A stretch of DNA of 64,000 nt from a virus. Numbering within the stretch: position 1 is the first letter of the stretch; every line of letters starts with the position of its first letter. Under the pieces are notes generated by a model that saw only the letters and a program-made list of their open reading frames with translations, did no database searches and was not told the DNA's origin. The position numbers and the translations under genes were made by a program. Positions 27,898-44,113 of the stretch are shown piece by piece. The stretch covers positions 1 through 64,000 of the IMG/VR virus record IMGVR_UViG_3300047554_000447; one strand, written 5' to 3'.

Positions 27898-29123
27898 AAA
27901 TTGCGATGATTGGTTGCGGCAAATTAGGTTTACCCTGCGCCGAAGTGATGAGTCAACACTACGACGTAGTTGGCTACGATGTTGTTAAGGACCCGACTGC
28001 ACAAATACCTTTACTGGATTCCATTAAGGAAGCAGTCACTGGAAAAGATTTAATTTTCGTTGCAGTTCCCACGCCTCATGACCCAGAATACGGCGGTAGT
28101 AAACCTATCGCTGAAATGCCTTCTAAAGATTTTGACTACACTATAGTTAAGCAGGTATTATCCGATATCAATCAATATGTAAACAAGAATCAGTTAGTGG
28201 TACTAATTTCTACAGTGCTTCCGGGAACAGTAAGAGAACATCTCGCACCGAGGATCACTAATGCTAGATTTATCTATAATCCTTATTTGATTGCTATGGG
28301 ATCGGTTAAATGGGACATGGTCAACCCAGAATGTCTAATCGTTGGTACAGAAGACGGCTCACGCACTGGTGACGCAGGACTATTGATTGATTTTTACAAG
28401 CCGATCATGGAAAATGATCCTCAGATTAATGTAGGCACATGGGACGAAGCAGAAGCTATTAAGATCTTTTATAACACATTTATTTCAGCTAAGATTGGTT
28501 TGGTTAACATGATCCAAGATGTTGCTGAAAAGAATGGTAACATTAATGTAGACGTAGTAACTGATGCACTCAAGGCCGCAACACAAAGGATTACCGGGCC
28601 TCGTTATCTAACTGCTGGTATGGGAGATGGTGGTGCTTGTCATCCTCGAGACAACATCGCTTTAAGGTATCTAGCAGAAAGATTAGATCTAGGCTACGAC
28701 TTATTCCATGCAATTATGCACAGCCGAGACATGCAGGCTAAGAACATGGCTTTAAAATTAGTCAACTTGGCTAAAGAACATAAGCTACCTGTGGTCATAC
28801 ACGGTCGTGCTTATAAGCCCTATGTTCCATATACCATCGGATCTTACTCAGAATTAGTTGCTCATTTCGTTATGGATGAGGGTGTAGAACTACAGTATGC
28901 AGATCCAGAAACTGGAGACTTTGTCCAGAATGGTTTGGCGGCTGTTATTCTTTTAGCCCATAACCCAACCGTAACCTATTTTGGTACTGGTGTTGCTGTA
29001 AAACCACATGATTTCTATTTTGAGCCCGGAATTGGTTCTGTATTTTTGGACCCGTGGCGCATGACGCCGGATATTACTGGAATGACTGTTATCCATTACG
29101 GAAATACCCGAGTCCAAAAGTGA
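27894..29123 (+). CDS. ugd: UDP-glucose/GDP-mannose 6-dehydrogenase
   Basis: GCGKLG Rossmann motif, VAVPTP, STVLPGT, EAIK..YN, GGACHPRD catalytic Cys. Confidence 0.9.
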   Translation: MKIAMIGCGKLGLPCAEVMSQHYDVVGYDVVKDPTAQIPLLDSIKEAVTGKDLIFVAVPTPHDPEYGGSKPIAEMPSKDFDYTIVKQVLSDINQYVNKNQLVVLISTVLPGTVREHLAPRITNARFIYNPYLIAMGSVKWDMVNPECLIVGTEDGSRTGDAGLLIDFYKPIMENDPQINVGTWDEAEAIKIFYNTFISAKIGLVNMIQDVAEKNGNINVDVVTDALKAATQRITGPRYLTAGMGDGGACHPRDNIALRYLAERLDLGYDLFHAIMHSRDMQAKNMALKLVNLAKEHKLPVVIHGRAYKPYVPYTIGSYSELVAHFVMDEGVELQYADPETGDFVQNGLAAVILLAHNPTVTYFGTGVAVKPHDFYFEPGIGSVFLDPWRMTPDITGMTVIHYGNTRVQK

Positions 29124-29152
29124 TTGACACAAATATCAAATGGTCGTATAAT
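29124..29152 (+). promoter_or_regulatory. Consensus sigma70 promoter
   Basis: TTGACA-N17-TATAAT. Confidence 0.85.
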
Positions 29153-29186
29153 ATAGATATTGTTAATAACAACGGAGCAATCAAAA

Positions 29187-30389
29187 ATGGCTAAAGCCGC
29201 AACCAAAACTCGTGTTACTAAAAAGCAAGTTCAAGCCCACCGTACTCGTGCCGTAAAAGACACTAGTCCGAATTGGGAGGGTTGCGAATCATGGGATGGC
29301 GATAAGTTTCACAAGTATTTTCGTCATGCTATGGACTACCATCGTCTTGAGAGCGAAATTAAAACCTACAAACCTATCGTAGTTAAATGGATGGAAAGCC
29401 AAGGTTGCGCTAAAGCAGACATCGCCGCTATCAAGAAAGTTAAAGATAATCGCATCAGCACTACTATGGGAGCTGTTGCTCACTGTCTTACTCGCGGTAT
29501 GACCCCTCAACGTGCAGATTTTAATAACGGACGTGATACTGCTGAATGGTTACGTGCAGAAATTGTCAAGGTTATCGCCGACGGTAAAGACGACATTGAC
29601 CCGGAAGTTGCGGCCGCTGAAAAAGAAGCGTCAAAGGCCAATGTCTATGTTCCAACTATTCAAGAACGTGTTCGCGAAGCCGCTTCACGAATGACTGAGG
29701 AGATTGAAGACGCTCTCGAGAGCTTTAACGCAGATGCAGAAAACTTTGATCCTAAAGCGTTCAAACTGCTAAACCTTCTCAAAGGTAAAGGTGTAAAGGC
29801 CGCACATGCTCGTATTATTAAAGACTTCTACTCTAGAGATTTAGACGAGCTTCTTGAGTTAGCTAGTGGCAAAGCAGATGAGCAACTTCGTGAAGGTTAC
29901 AGTCACCGTAGTCGCAAACAGATTAAGAACTTGATAGTGTTCTATCAAGAAATCCATGCGGCCTGTGACATGCTCATGCAAGAAGCAAAGGTTAACAAAA
30001 AGCCGCGAGCTCGCAAGACAGTTCCAGCTGAAAAGATCGTAGGTAAGCTCAAGTACATGAAAACCAACGAGCCTCTCAAGTTAGTCTCTATCAATCCTAC
30101 AGATATTTTGGGTGCTAAAGAATTGTGGATTTACAATACTAAGACTCGTAAACTGGGCAAATATGTAGCTTCAGAATTTAACGATCTTGGCGTTAAAGGT
30201 ACTTCAATTACCGGGTTTGATGAGAATGCCAGCATACAAAAGACTCTGCGTAAGCCTGAAGAAAAGCTCAAAGAGTTTAAAGCGGCTGGCAAGGTCGCAT
30301 TACGCAAGTTCTTAGAGGATATCAACGCTGTTGATACCAAAATGAACGGCCGCATTAACGAAGAAACTATCCTTTTAAAAGTAGCGTAA
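29187..30389 (+). CDS. Conserved basic phage hypothetical protein
   Basis: Probable ATG at 29187 after GGAG; C-terminal KTLRKP..GRINE motif. Confidence 0.75.
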   Translation: MAKAATKTRVTKKQVQAHRTRAVKDTSPNWEGCESWDGDKFHKYFRHAMDYHRLESEIKTYKPIVVKWMESQGCAKADIAAIKKVKDNRISTTMGAVAHCLTRGMTPQRADFNNGRDTAEWLRAEIVKVIADGKDDIDPEVAAAEKEASKANVYVPTIQERVREAASRMTEEIEDALESFNADAENFDPKAFKLLNLLKGKGVKAAHARIIKDFYSRDLDELLELASGKADEQLREGYSHRSRKQIKNLIVFYQEIHAACDMLMQEAKVNKKPRARKTVPAEKIVGKLKYMKTNEPLKLVSINPTDILGAKELWIYNTKTRKLGKYVASEFNDLGVKGTSITGFDENASIQKTLRKPEEKLKEFKAAGKVALRKFLEDINAVDTKMNGRINEETILLKVA

Positions 30390-30434
30390 GGTTCGGTAGG
30401 GCCATAAGATAAATACTCGAAAGAGAGTATTCTT

Positions 30435-31811
30435 ATGGCCCTAAACATCTATGAACCTATGAAATTTCGTAGTCAAGGTATTGAAGACCTTGCTACGCAC
30501 GAAACGCTAGTTATCACTAACGGAAAAATCACTGTCGACACAGTCGAGCCTAAAAAAGCGGTGTCTTTTGCGGGTGCGAATTTTGCTGAAATCGAAGGTA
30601 ATGGCATCCGCTGGACTGACGGTCGCAAGGCAAAAACACTAGCATTTAAGGAATCAAAGCTCTGGACAGATTTAACTCTTAATCTAGACGAAGAACAAGA
30701 ATACCAAATCAATAACACTACAGTTTTGAGCTTCACAGAGCTAGGCTCAACTGTTACTAAAAGTAACCTAAAACAAGTAGGTGTTCTTAAAAATCTAAGA
30801 GTAGCCGGAAATGCGTCCTTTGGAGACTTTGCCTATGCTATGGGCAGTCTAAATCGCTTTGGTATTAACACAGATGCGCCGGGTGCGGCTCTAGGCATTG
30901 TTGAAAATTCTGTAGAGATTTTGCTAGGAAGTTTAAAACAAGACACAGCGATCTTTGGAACACACAGCAACGATCATTTAGAAATCATCACTGATAATAC
31001 TACTAGAATAACTGTTACAAATTCTGGTGAAGTTGTTATCGGGTCTGCTAATCATAAGAACGGAATACTTCGTGTAAATGGTACCCTGTATGCTGATGCG
31101 ATCGTTACAGAAAGATCTAGTCCATTAGTTTTTAAAGAATCAGACACTAGCTCAAACTACGGTAAAGGAATTATTTGGGCAGGTAAAACTGGTCCAAACA
31201 AACAGCTAGTATATCAGGCTAACCCAGATCGCATTTGGTCAACTGATATTATTGACCTAGCACAAGAGAAATACTTTGCTATTGAAAACCAGATGGTCTT
31301 AAGCAAGACTAGCCTAGGCACTAGCGTAGTTGAAAGCTCATTAACAAAATTAGGTATACTTAAAGATCTACAAGTTGCTGGCGATGCGGCGATCACTAGA
31401 AAACTTTCAACTAGCAGAATCGAAATAGGCAAGTTCGCTGTCGATGAAAACCGTTTAGAGTTTGATAGAAACTTTAGCATCCAGCAAGGTACACTAAGTG
31501 AATTTAGAATCGGATCAGATATCACTATCGGTAACAGCGACAACACAACTAGAGCCGTATCAGTTTACGGTAGACTCGCAGTCGGAACTGCTAGACCCGG
31601 TGATGATGTTTCATTAACTGTGTCAGGACCTGTTAGTTTTGAAAACAAGAAGTTTAAGGTAGGATCTGGAATCCCAACATTTGGTGATTACAACAAAGGA
31701 GATGTTGTTTGGAATGACGATCCAAAGGCCGGCAGTCACATAGGCTGGGTCTGTATCACTGCTGGTTCTCCAGGATTCTGGTTGCCGTTCGGCTATATCG
31801 GCTCACGATGA
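30435..31811 (+). CDS. Virion structural / tail-fibre-like protein
   Basis: beta-rich with an internal duplication and C-terminal GDVVWN..GWVC..W..FG; TAAATA upstream at 30410. Confidence 0.65.
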   Translation: MALNIYEPMKFRSQGIEDLATHETLVITNGKITVDTVEPKKAVSFAGANFAEIEGNGIRWTDGRKAKTLAFKESKLWTDLTLNLDEEQEYQINNTTVLSFTELGSTVTKSNLKQVGVLKNLRVAGNASFGDFAYAMGSLNRFGINTDAPGAALGIVENSVEILLGSLKQDTAIFGTHSNDHLEIITDNTTRITVTNSGEVVIGSANHKNGILRVNGTLYADAIVTERSSPLVFKESDTSSNYGKGIIWAGKTGPNKQLVYQANPDRIWSTDIIDLAQEKYFAIENQMVLSKTSLGTSVVESSLTKLGILKDLQVAGDAAITRKLSTSRIEIGKFAVDENRLEFDRNFSIQQGTLSEFRIGSDITIGNSDNTTRAVSVYGRLAVGTARPGDDVSLTVSGPVSFENKKFKVGSGIPTFGDYNKGDVVWNDDPKAGSHIGWVCITAGSPGFWLPFGYIGSR

Positions 31812-31812
31812 T

Positions 31813-32403
31813 GTGAAAAATATATGGGTAGTAGGCAACGGTCAGAGTAGATCTAGCGTTGCCCTAAATCAATTAAACGGTCTCGTTATTGGTTGTAACG
31901 CAATTCATAGAGATCATATCTGTGATGAATATGTTGCTGTAGATCGTAGAATGGTCGACGAAATACTCAACAACGAATTAAATCACAACATTCCAGTTTA
32001 CACTAGACCAGACTGGATAAACTATTATCAAGAAACTCCTAGCGTAAAGGAGTTGCCAAGACTTCCTTTTGATGGAACAAACAAAGCAGATCAAGCATTT
32101 CATTGGAACTCGGGACCATACGCTGTATTAGTTGCCGCAAATAAAGCACCTGAAAACATTCATCTCGTAGGCTTCGACCTATGGAGTAAGACTAGTTTTG
32201 TCAATAACATTTATAAAAACACACAAAACTATGCGGCGCACGATTCGAGAAAAGTAAGTCCAGATTTTTGGATCTACCAATTAAAAAAATTATTTGAACA
32301 CTTTGATGAAATAGAATTTATACAACATCAACAAACAGATTGGCAAATTCCCAAGCCTTGGATGGCGATCAAGAACTTGACAATTAGATACGATATTGTA
32401 TAA
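31813..32403 (+). CDS. MptE/sialyltransferase-like nucleotide-binding fold protein
   Basis: VVGNGQSR, IGCN, SG..A, HLVGFD. Confidence 0.55.
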   Translation: MKNIWVVGNGQSRSSVALNQLNGLVIGCNAIHRDHICDEYVAVDRRMVDEILNNELNHNIPVYTRPDWINYYQETPSVKELPRLPFDGTNKADQAFHWNSGPYAVLVAANKAPENIHLVGFDLWSKTSFVNNIYKNTQNYAAHDSRKVSPDFWIYQLKKLFEHFDEIEFIQHQQTDWQIPKPWMAIKNLTIRYDIV

Positions 32404-32404
32404 T
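32377..32404 (+). promoter_or_regulatory. sigma70 promoter for queD
   Basis: TTGACA-N16-TATAAT. Confidence 0.75.
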
Positions 32405-32410
32405 TACTAT

Positions 32411-32482
32411 TAGAGGACTTCGACGTTCACCCCTCTTTAAATACTCTGCATGTCATCAAACTTGCTACTTTTATAAGGAGAC
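32411..32482 (+). ncRNA. Candidate preQ1-like riboswitch / pseudoknotted 5' leader
   Basis: AGAGG/CCTCT stem, with loop GACGT able to pair with downstream ATGTC; lies between the promoter and the queD RBS. Confidence 0.4.
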
Positions 32483-32487
32483 TAGAG

Positions 32488-33012
32488 ATGGCAAAATATC
32501 TTTCTACAAAAACATACGGCAATGACCGAGGTCTTAGTTGTTGCTTTAGACAATGGCGTTCGACACATAGTCATTGCTCATTACTACATGGATACTCAAT
32601 CGGTATCAAACTAATTTTTGAATCAGAAACACTAGACGACCGTAACTGGGTCATGGACTTCGGTGGGCTTAAGGCATTCAAAGAGTGGAGCGAGTATATG
32701 TTCGATCATACTCTTGTAATCGCAGAAGACGATCCTCATCGAGCTATGTTCGAAAAAATGGCTGAACTTGGTCTCCAAGATCAAGGAGGTGTCTGTGATA
32801 TTCGTATCGTTCCTGCTGTGGGCTGTGAGAAGTTTTCCGAACTTGCTTATAAAGAAATGGAAACGATCTTACACATTTTCAAAACCGGCAACGACTATTA
32901 TTGCCCTAATGGACAAATATTCAAAGCAAGATATCCTGTTGGTCAAGGTGTTAAACTTCGTTCAGTTGAAGTTTTTGAACACGCAGGTAATTCCGCAGTA
33001 TACGAGATCTAA
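32488..33012 (+). CDS. queD: 6-carboxytetrahydropterin synthase (PTPS/QueD)
   Basis: HCSLLHGYS, WVMDFGGLK, FDHT, E, VEVFE. Confidence 0.88.
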   Translation: MAKYLSTKTYGNDRGLSCCFRQWRSTHSHCSLLHGYSIGIKLIFESETLDDRNWVMDFGGLKAFKEWSEYMFDHTLVIAEDDPHRAMFEKMAELGLQDQGGVCDIRIVPAVGCEKFSELAYKEMETILHIFKTGNDYYCPNGQIFKARYPVGQGVKLRSVEVFEHAGNSAVYEI

Positions 33013-33013
33013 T

Positions 33014-33151
33014 ATGATATACATATCAATTTTAGTTCTTGTAATATATGCTTTAATCTCTATAGACTACACAGCTCTAAAAATATATCTTGAAAAATTT
33101 GAAGAGGAATATATTTTAGAAATGCTAGCAGACTACGCAAGGACTAGATGA
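33014..33151 (+). CDS. Small membrane-anchored protein (45 aa)
   Basis: MIYISILVLVIYALIS..., probable true start within track ORF 32768-33151. Confidence 0.5.
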   Translation: MIYISILVLVIYALISIDYTALKIYLEKFEEEYILEMLADYARTR

Positions 33152-33843
33152 ATAAGTGGATTGTTTGCCTTAAACATGGGCAGAAATATTCTGTTGATTA
33201 TGTAAACAGACTCTACAACATGACTAAACGGCATTCCACTGTGCCGTTTGGTTTTGCTTGTATCACGGAGGATCCAAGCGGAATGGATCCAAACATCGTA
33301 CATATACCACTACCAAATCATAAGTTATCTGGTTGGTGGTATAAACCCTGGGTTTTCAGCAAAGAGATTCCTCTGGACGGAACACTATTGTTCATGGATC
33401 TAGATTTGGTTATCATTAAGAACATTGACAACCTTTGGTCTTACAGGCCTGGAAATTTCTGTATCATACGCGACTTTAATCGCAGTAGTATCAAAGATTG
33501 GCGTAAATTCAATAGTTCAGTCTTTAGGATAGAAAAAGGACAGCACCCCCAAGTTTGGGAAAATCTGATCAAAGATCTTGATCAGACAAAACGTATGCAT
33601 GGAGATCAAGATTGGATTTTCAGTCAACTGAGAAATTCTCATGTGTTTTGGCCCGAAGAATGGATTCAAAGTTATAAATGGGAAGTCCGAAACAAATCCG
33701 ACGTAGTCAGAGTTGGTAACAAAAGAATCTTTAAAGATGTAGCCAATCCACCTATACACGGTGACACCAACATCCTAGTATTCCACGGCGATCCAAAACC
33801 CGAAGAAGTCCAAGATCCTGTAGTCGTTCAAAACTGGCGATAA
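33148..33843 (+). CDS. GT-A fold glycosyltransferase (GT8-like)
   Basis: DLD (DxD), FNSSV, GDQDWI, VFHGDPKP. Confidence 0.8.
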   Translation: MNKWIVCLKHGQKYSVDYVNRLYNMTKRHSTVPFGFACITEDPSGMDPNIVHIPLPNHKLSGWWYKPWVFSKEIPLDGTLLFMDLDLVIIKNIDNLWSYRPGNFCIIRDFNRSSIKDWRKFNSSVFRIEKGQHPQVWENLIKDLDQTKRMHGDQDWIFSQLRNSHVFWPEEWIQSYKWEVRNKSDVVRVGNKRIFKDVANPPIHGDTNILVFHGDPKPEEVQDPVVVQNWR

Positions 33844-33846
33844 CTC

Positions 33847-33875
33847 TTGACCTGCTGTCTTTGTTATGCTATAAT
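33847..33875 (+). promoter_or_regulatory. sigma70 promoter
   Basis: TTGACC-N17-TATAAT with extended -10 TG. Confidence 0.75.
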
Positions 33876-33880
33876 AAGGT

Positions 33881-34498
33881 ATGAACTACGGTCACTATCC
33901 AATTTTCCCAACGCTAGTTAGTTGTTTCGATCTCAGCGATCATCCGGCGTTGCCTAGCGTAGTGGACATTATCGAAAATGGAGATCACAGTCTTCGACCT
34001 CACGGATTACTTAATAATGGTCTCAGCAGTATTGGAAATACCGATTTCCTTGCATCGGCTGAATTAAAGGATATTAAAAGTGCTATTCAAGACGCTGTTA
34101 ATATCTATACACAAGAAGCTGGTCTAGAATCCTGCACCGTGGCTCACAGCTGGTTTAATATTTTACATTCAGGGCATGAGGTAAAGCCCCATCGACACGA
34201 AGGTAGCGTAGTCAGCGGAGCATTTTATCCTTTTGTAGAAGAAGGTAGCGTGGGATTAAATTTTGAAAGTCCGTTGAAACCTGTAAAGATGAATGATATC
34301 GCAGAAAAGCAAACACAGTATACGTCTTATACTAGTACTATTCAAGTTAAGTCGGGTCTGTTGATTATTTTTCCTAGCTGGTTAATCCATTATACAGAAC
34401 AAAATCAAACTTCAAAAAGATTCACCATTAGCTTTAACACTATTAGAAATTCACTAAGAGACAATATCATTAAACTTTCTAAGGAAATCGATGACTAA
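33881..34498 (+). CDS. Putative 2OG-Fe(II) oxygenase (TIGR02466-like)
   Basis: IFPT, SWFN, PHRH..SG.FY, IFPSWL.H, R.TISFN. Confidence 0.85.
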   Translation: MNYGHYPIFPTLVSCFDLSDHPALPSVVDIIENGDHSLRPHGLLNNGLSSIGNTDFLASAELKDIKSAIQDAVNIYTQEAGLESCTVAHSWFNILHSGHEVKPHRHEGSVVSGAFYPFVEEGSVGLNFESPLKPVKMNDIAEKQTQYTSYTSTIQVKSGLLIIFPSWLIHYTEQNQTSKRFTISFNTIRNSLRDNIIKLSKEIDD

Positions 34499-35507
34499 AA
34501 AAATTGGCTTTGCCTGCAAGTGGATTGACGAACCGAGACAGGTAGACGGCATTCGGCCCAAGGATCCTGCTAAGGTTTACAATACGGGTGCTACAACTGT
34601 GGCTTGGCTTAATCGTCAGACTCAAGATGTAGCAGAAGATAAACTGTGGAGCCTAATGGAACAAAACATTGAGGCTACTAGAAAATTAGTTGAAAAGGTA
34701 GGGGGATTAAATGAACATCTTAGAATGGTACGTATCAGTTCTGATATCCTACCAGTTTACACTGAGCCTTCTTGGTGTTATTTTTGGCGTAAGCCTGACG
34801 TTAGGAATTATCTCGAAAAACACTTTAGTGAGGTTGGCAGGGTGGCTAGGAGTAGTGATGTCCGTTTATCTTTTCATCCCGGCCAGTTTACAGTTTTGGC
34901 AAGTGATAATGCAGACATTGTTACTCGGAGTATCGACGAATTTGAATATCACGTAGATATGGCTCGATGGATGGGCTACGGACAGAAGTTTCAAGATATG
35001 AAGATTAATGTTCATATTGCCGGTCGACAAGGTCCAGACGGCATCAGACGTGCATATCAACGACTAAGTCCAGAAGCACGTAACACACTAACTATCGAAA
35101 ATGAAGAAATTACACATAATCTTGACACCTGCTTGGAACTTGCTGATCTCGTTCCGATTGTACTTGACATACACCATCACTGGATTAATTCCGGAGAGTA
35201 TATTGATCCCGCTGATAGCCGTGTTAAGAAGGTTATTGATTCTTGGCGTGGTGTTCGTCCTACTTGCCACTTTAGTGTTTCACGGGAAGAATATTTTGAT
35301 GGCCATTCCGGACACCAGCGCCCCGATCTTCGGACGCTACTAGAATCAGGACACAAAAAAGCAAAACTCAGAGCACATTCTGATTTCTACTGGAATACAG
35401 CAGTTAACGAATGGGCGCTGAGTTTTTGGGATAACTTTGATATCATGTGCGAAAGCAAGGCTAAGAATCTAGCCAGCTTCACACTCTTCGAACAATCTAA
35501 AAAATAA
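34491..35507 (+). CDS. uvsE: UV damage endonuclease UvsE/UVDE
   Basis: IGFAC, RISSD, SFHPGQF, IENEE, LDIHHH, HFS, RAHSD, MCESKAK. Confidence 0.92.
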   Translation: MTKKIGFACKWIDEPRQVDGIRPKDPAKVYNTGATTVAWLNRQTQDVAEDKLWSLMEQNIEATRKLVEKVGGLNEHLRMVRISSDILPVYTEPSWCYFWRKPDVRNYLEKHFSEVGRVARSSDVRLSFHPGQFTVLASDNADIVTRSIDEFEYHVDMARWMGYGQKFQDMKINVHIAGRQGPDGIRRAYQRLSPEARNTLTIENEEITHNLDTCLELADLVPIVLDIHHHWINSGEYIDPADSRVKKVIDSWRGVRPTCHFSVSREEYFDGHSGHQRPDLRTLLESGHKKAKLRAHSDFYWNTAVNEWALSFWDNFDIMCESKAKNLASFTLFEQSKK

Positions 35508-35511
35508 TAAA

Positions 35512-35769
35512 TTATTCAGCTGTTGAAGTTTTAGCTTTAGGTTTACGACCGCCCTTTTTTGCTCCGCCAGCCGCTGGCTTTTTACCTTGTGGCTTTTTTG
35601 CAGGCTTAGGTTTTGGTTCTTCGATTGGAAGAGCCACTGCCGGTGCAGTTTCAACAACGGGTGGTTGTTCTACTTTAGCTTCGGGTGTAGTTTCAACCTT
35701 ATATGGGCATTCCTCTTTAACAGGTTCTGCTGGTTTGCCCACAAAGAATTCTTTAATTGCTTTGAACAT
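35512..35769 (-). CDS. K/P/A-rich low-complexity small protein
   Basis: GGAGG RBS and TAAATA on the minus strand upstream; histone-like basic tail. Confidence 0.6.
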   Translation of the reverse strand: MFKAIKEFFVGKPAEPVKEECPYKVETTPEAKVEQPPVVETAPAVALPIEEPKPKPAKKPQGKKPAAGGAKKGGRKPKAKTSTAE

Positions 35770-35810
35770 AATGTTCCTCCTTGTGAAATTATTTATAACT
35801 AAATATTACT

Positions 35811-36377
35811 ATGGCTTATAATTTCATCAAAAACGTTATCCTAAACGAAAATACACCTAGTAAAAAATTAGAATTACTGCCTTTACCTTACAGTAAAGGC
35901 GACTTAGAGCCTGCGATTTCTGAAGAAACTATCAATTATCATTATAGCAAACTAGCCAAAGCATATGTTGATCGTTATAATGATCGAGAAGGCGACCTAG
36001 ACTTCAATGAAGCGGGTGCGTTTTTACACAATTTGTTGTTCCCTCAATATAAAAAAGCAGAGGGAAAAAACGATCCTGATGGATCTGCCGGGGAATTCAT
36101 TATCAAGAAATATAAAACTTTTGAAAAATTTAAAGAAGAATTTTCAAAGGTAGCCATGGGTATACAAGGCAGTGGATGGGTGTACTTGGCTAAGAACGGC
36201 GAGATTAAAACCATTAAAAATCACCAGATTAAAAATGATATAATTCTACTTATTGATTGGTGGGAACATGCATGGGCCTTAGACTATCAATCAGATAAGA
36301 AAAAGTATCTAGAAAATCAGTGGAAGATTATTAACTGGAACGTGATTAGTTCTAGGGTCGGGCTTACAAGCGACTGA
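35811..36377 (+). CDS. sod: Fe/Mn superoxide dismutase
   Basis: LPY..LEP.IS, YH, LHN, GSGW, DWWEHA, INW. Confidence 0.92.
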   Translation: MAYNFIKNVILNENTPSKKLELLPLPYSKGDLEPAISEETINYHYSKLAKAYVDRYNDREGDLDFNEAGAFLHNLLFPQYKKAEGKNDPDGSAGEFIIKKYKTFEKFKEEFSKVAMGIQGSGWVYLAKNGEIKTIKNHQIKNDIILLIDWWEHAWALDYQSDKKKYLENQWKIINWNVISSRVGLTSD

Positions 36378-36651
36378 TATCCGCAGTACTAGATACTGGC
36401 ATATCCCAAATAGTGCGCCGCTCGGCGCCTTTTTTTTGAGCAAATCTTTTCGCATCACAGTTATCGCAACAGTGAAAATAATTATTACTGAGTCGCTTTG
36501 GATCCATAGATCCTTTTAACCTTTTAAAAAATTCCCCGCAGTTGTCGCAACGAAATATCGCATAAGTGCGATATCTAGAATAAGCATGCTCGTGACCTAG
36601 CTTACTTGTTCTAGTGTATTTGTGTAGATCTTGCTCTGTTTTGATGAACAT
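36364..36651 (-). CDS. Small zinc-binding hypothetical protein
   Basis: CDNC...CDNC; TAAATA upstream on the minus strand. Confidence 0.65.
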   Translation of the reverse strand: MFIKTEQDLHKYTRTSKLGHEHAYSRYRTYAIFRCDNCGEFFKRLKGSMDPKRLSNNYFHCCDNCDAKRFAQKKGAERRTIWDMPVSSTADISRL

Positions 36652-36688
36652 ATTGTATTTACATTAAGGTTATAAAATTAAAAGGTAA

Positions 36689-44101
<7,413 letters not shown>

Positions 44102-44113
44102 TCGGAGCGTGTA

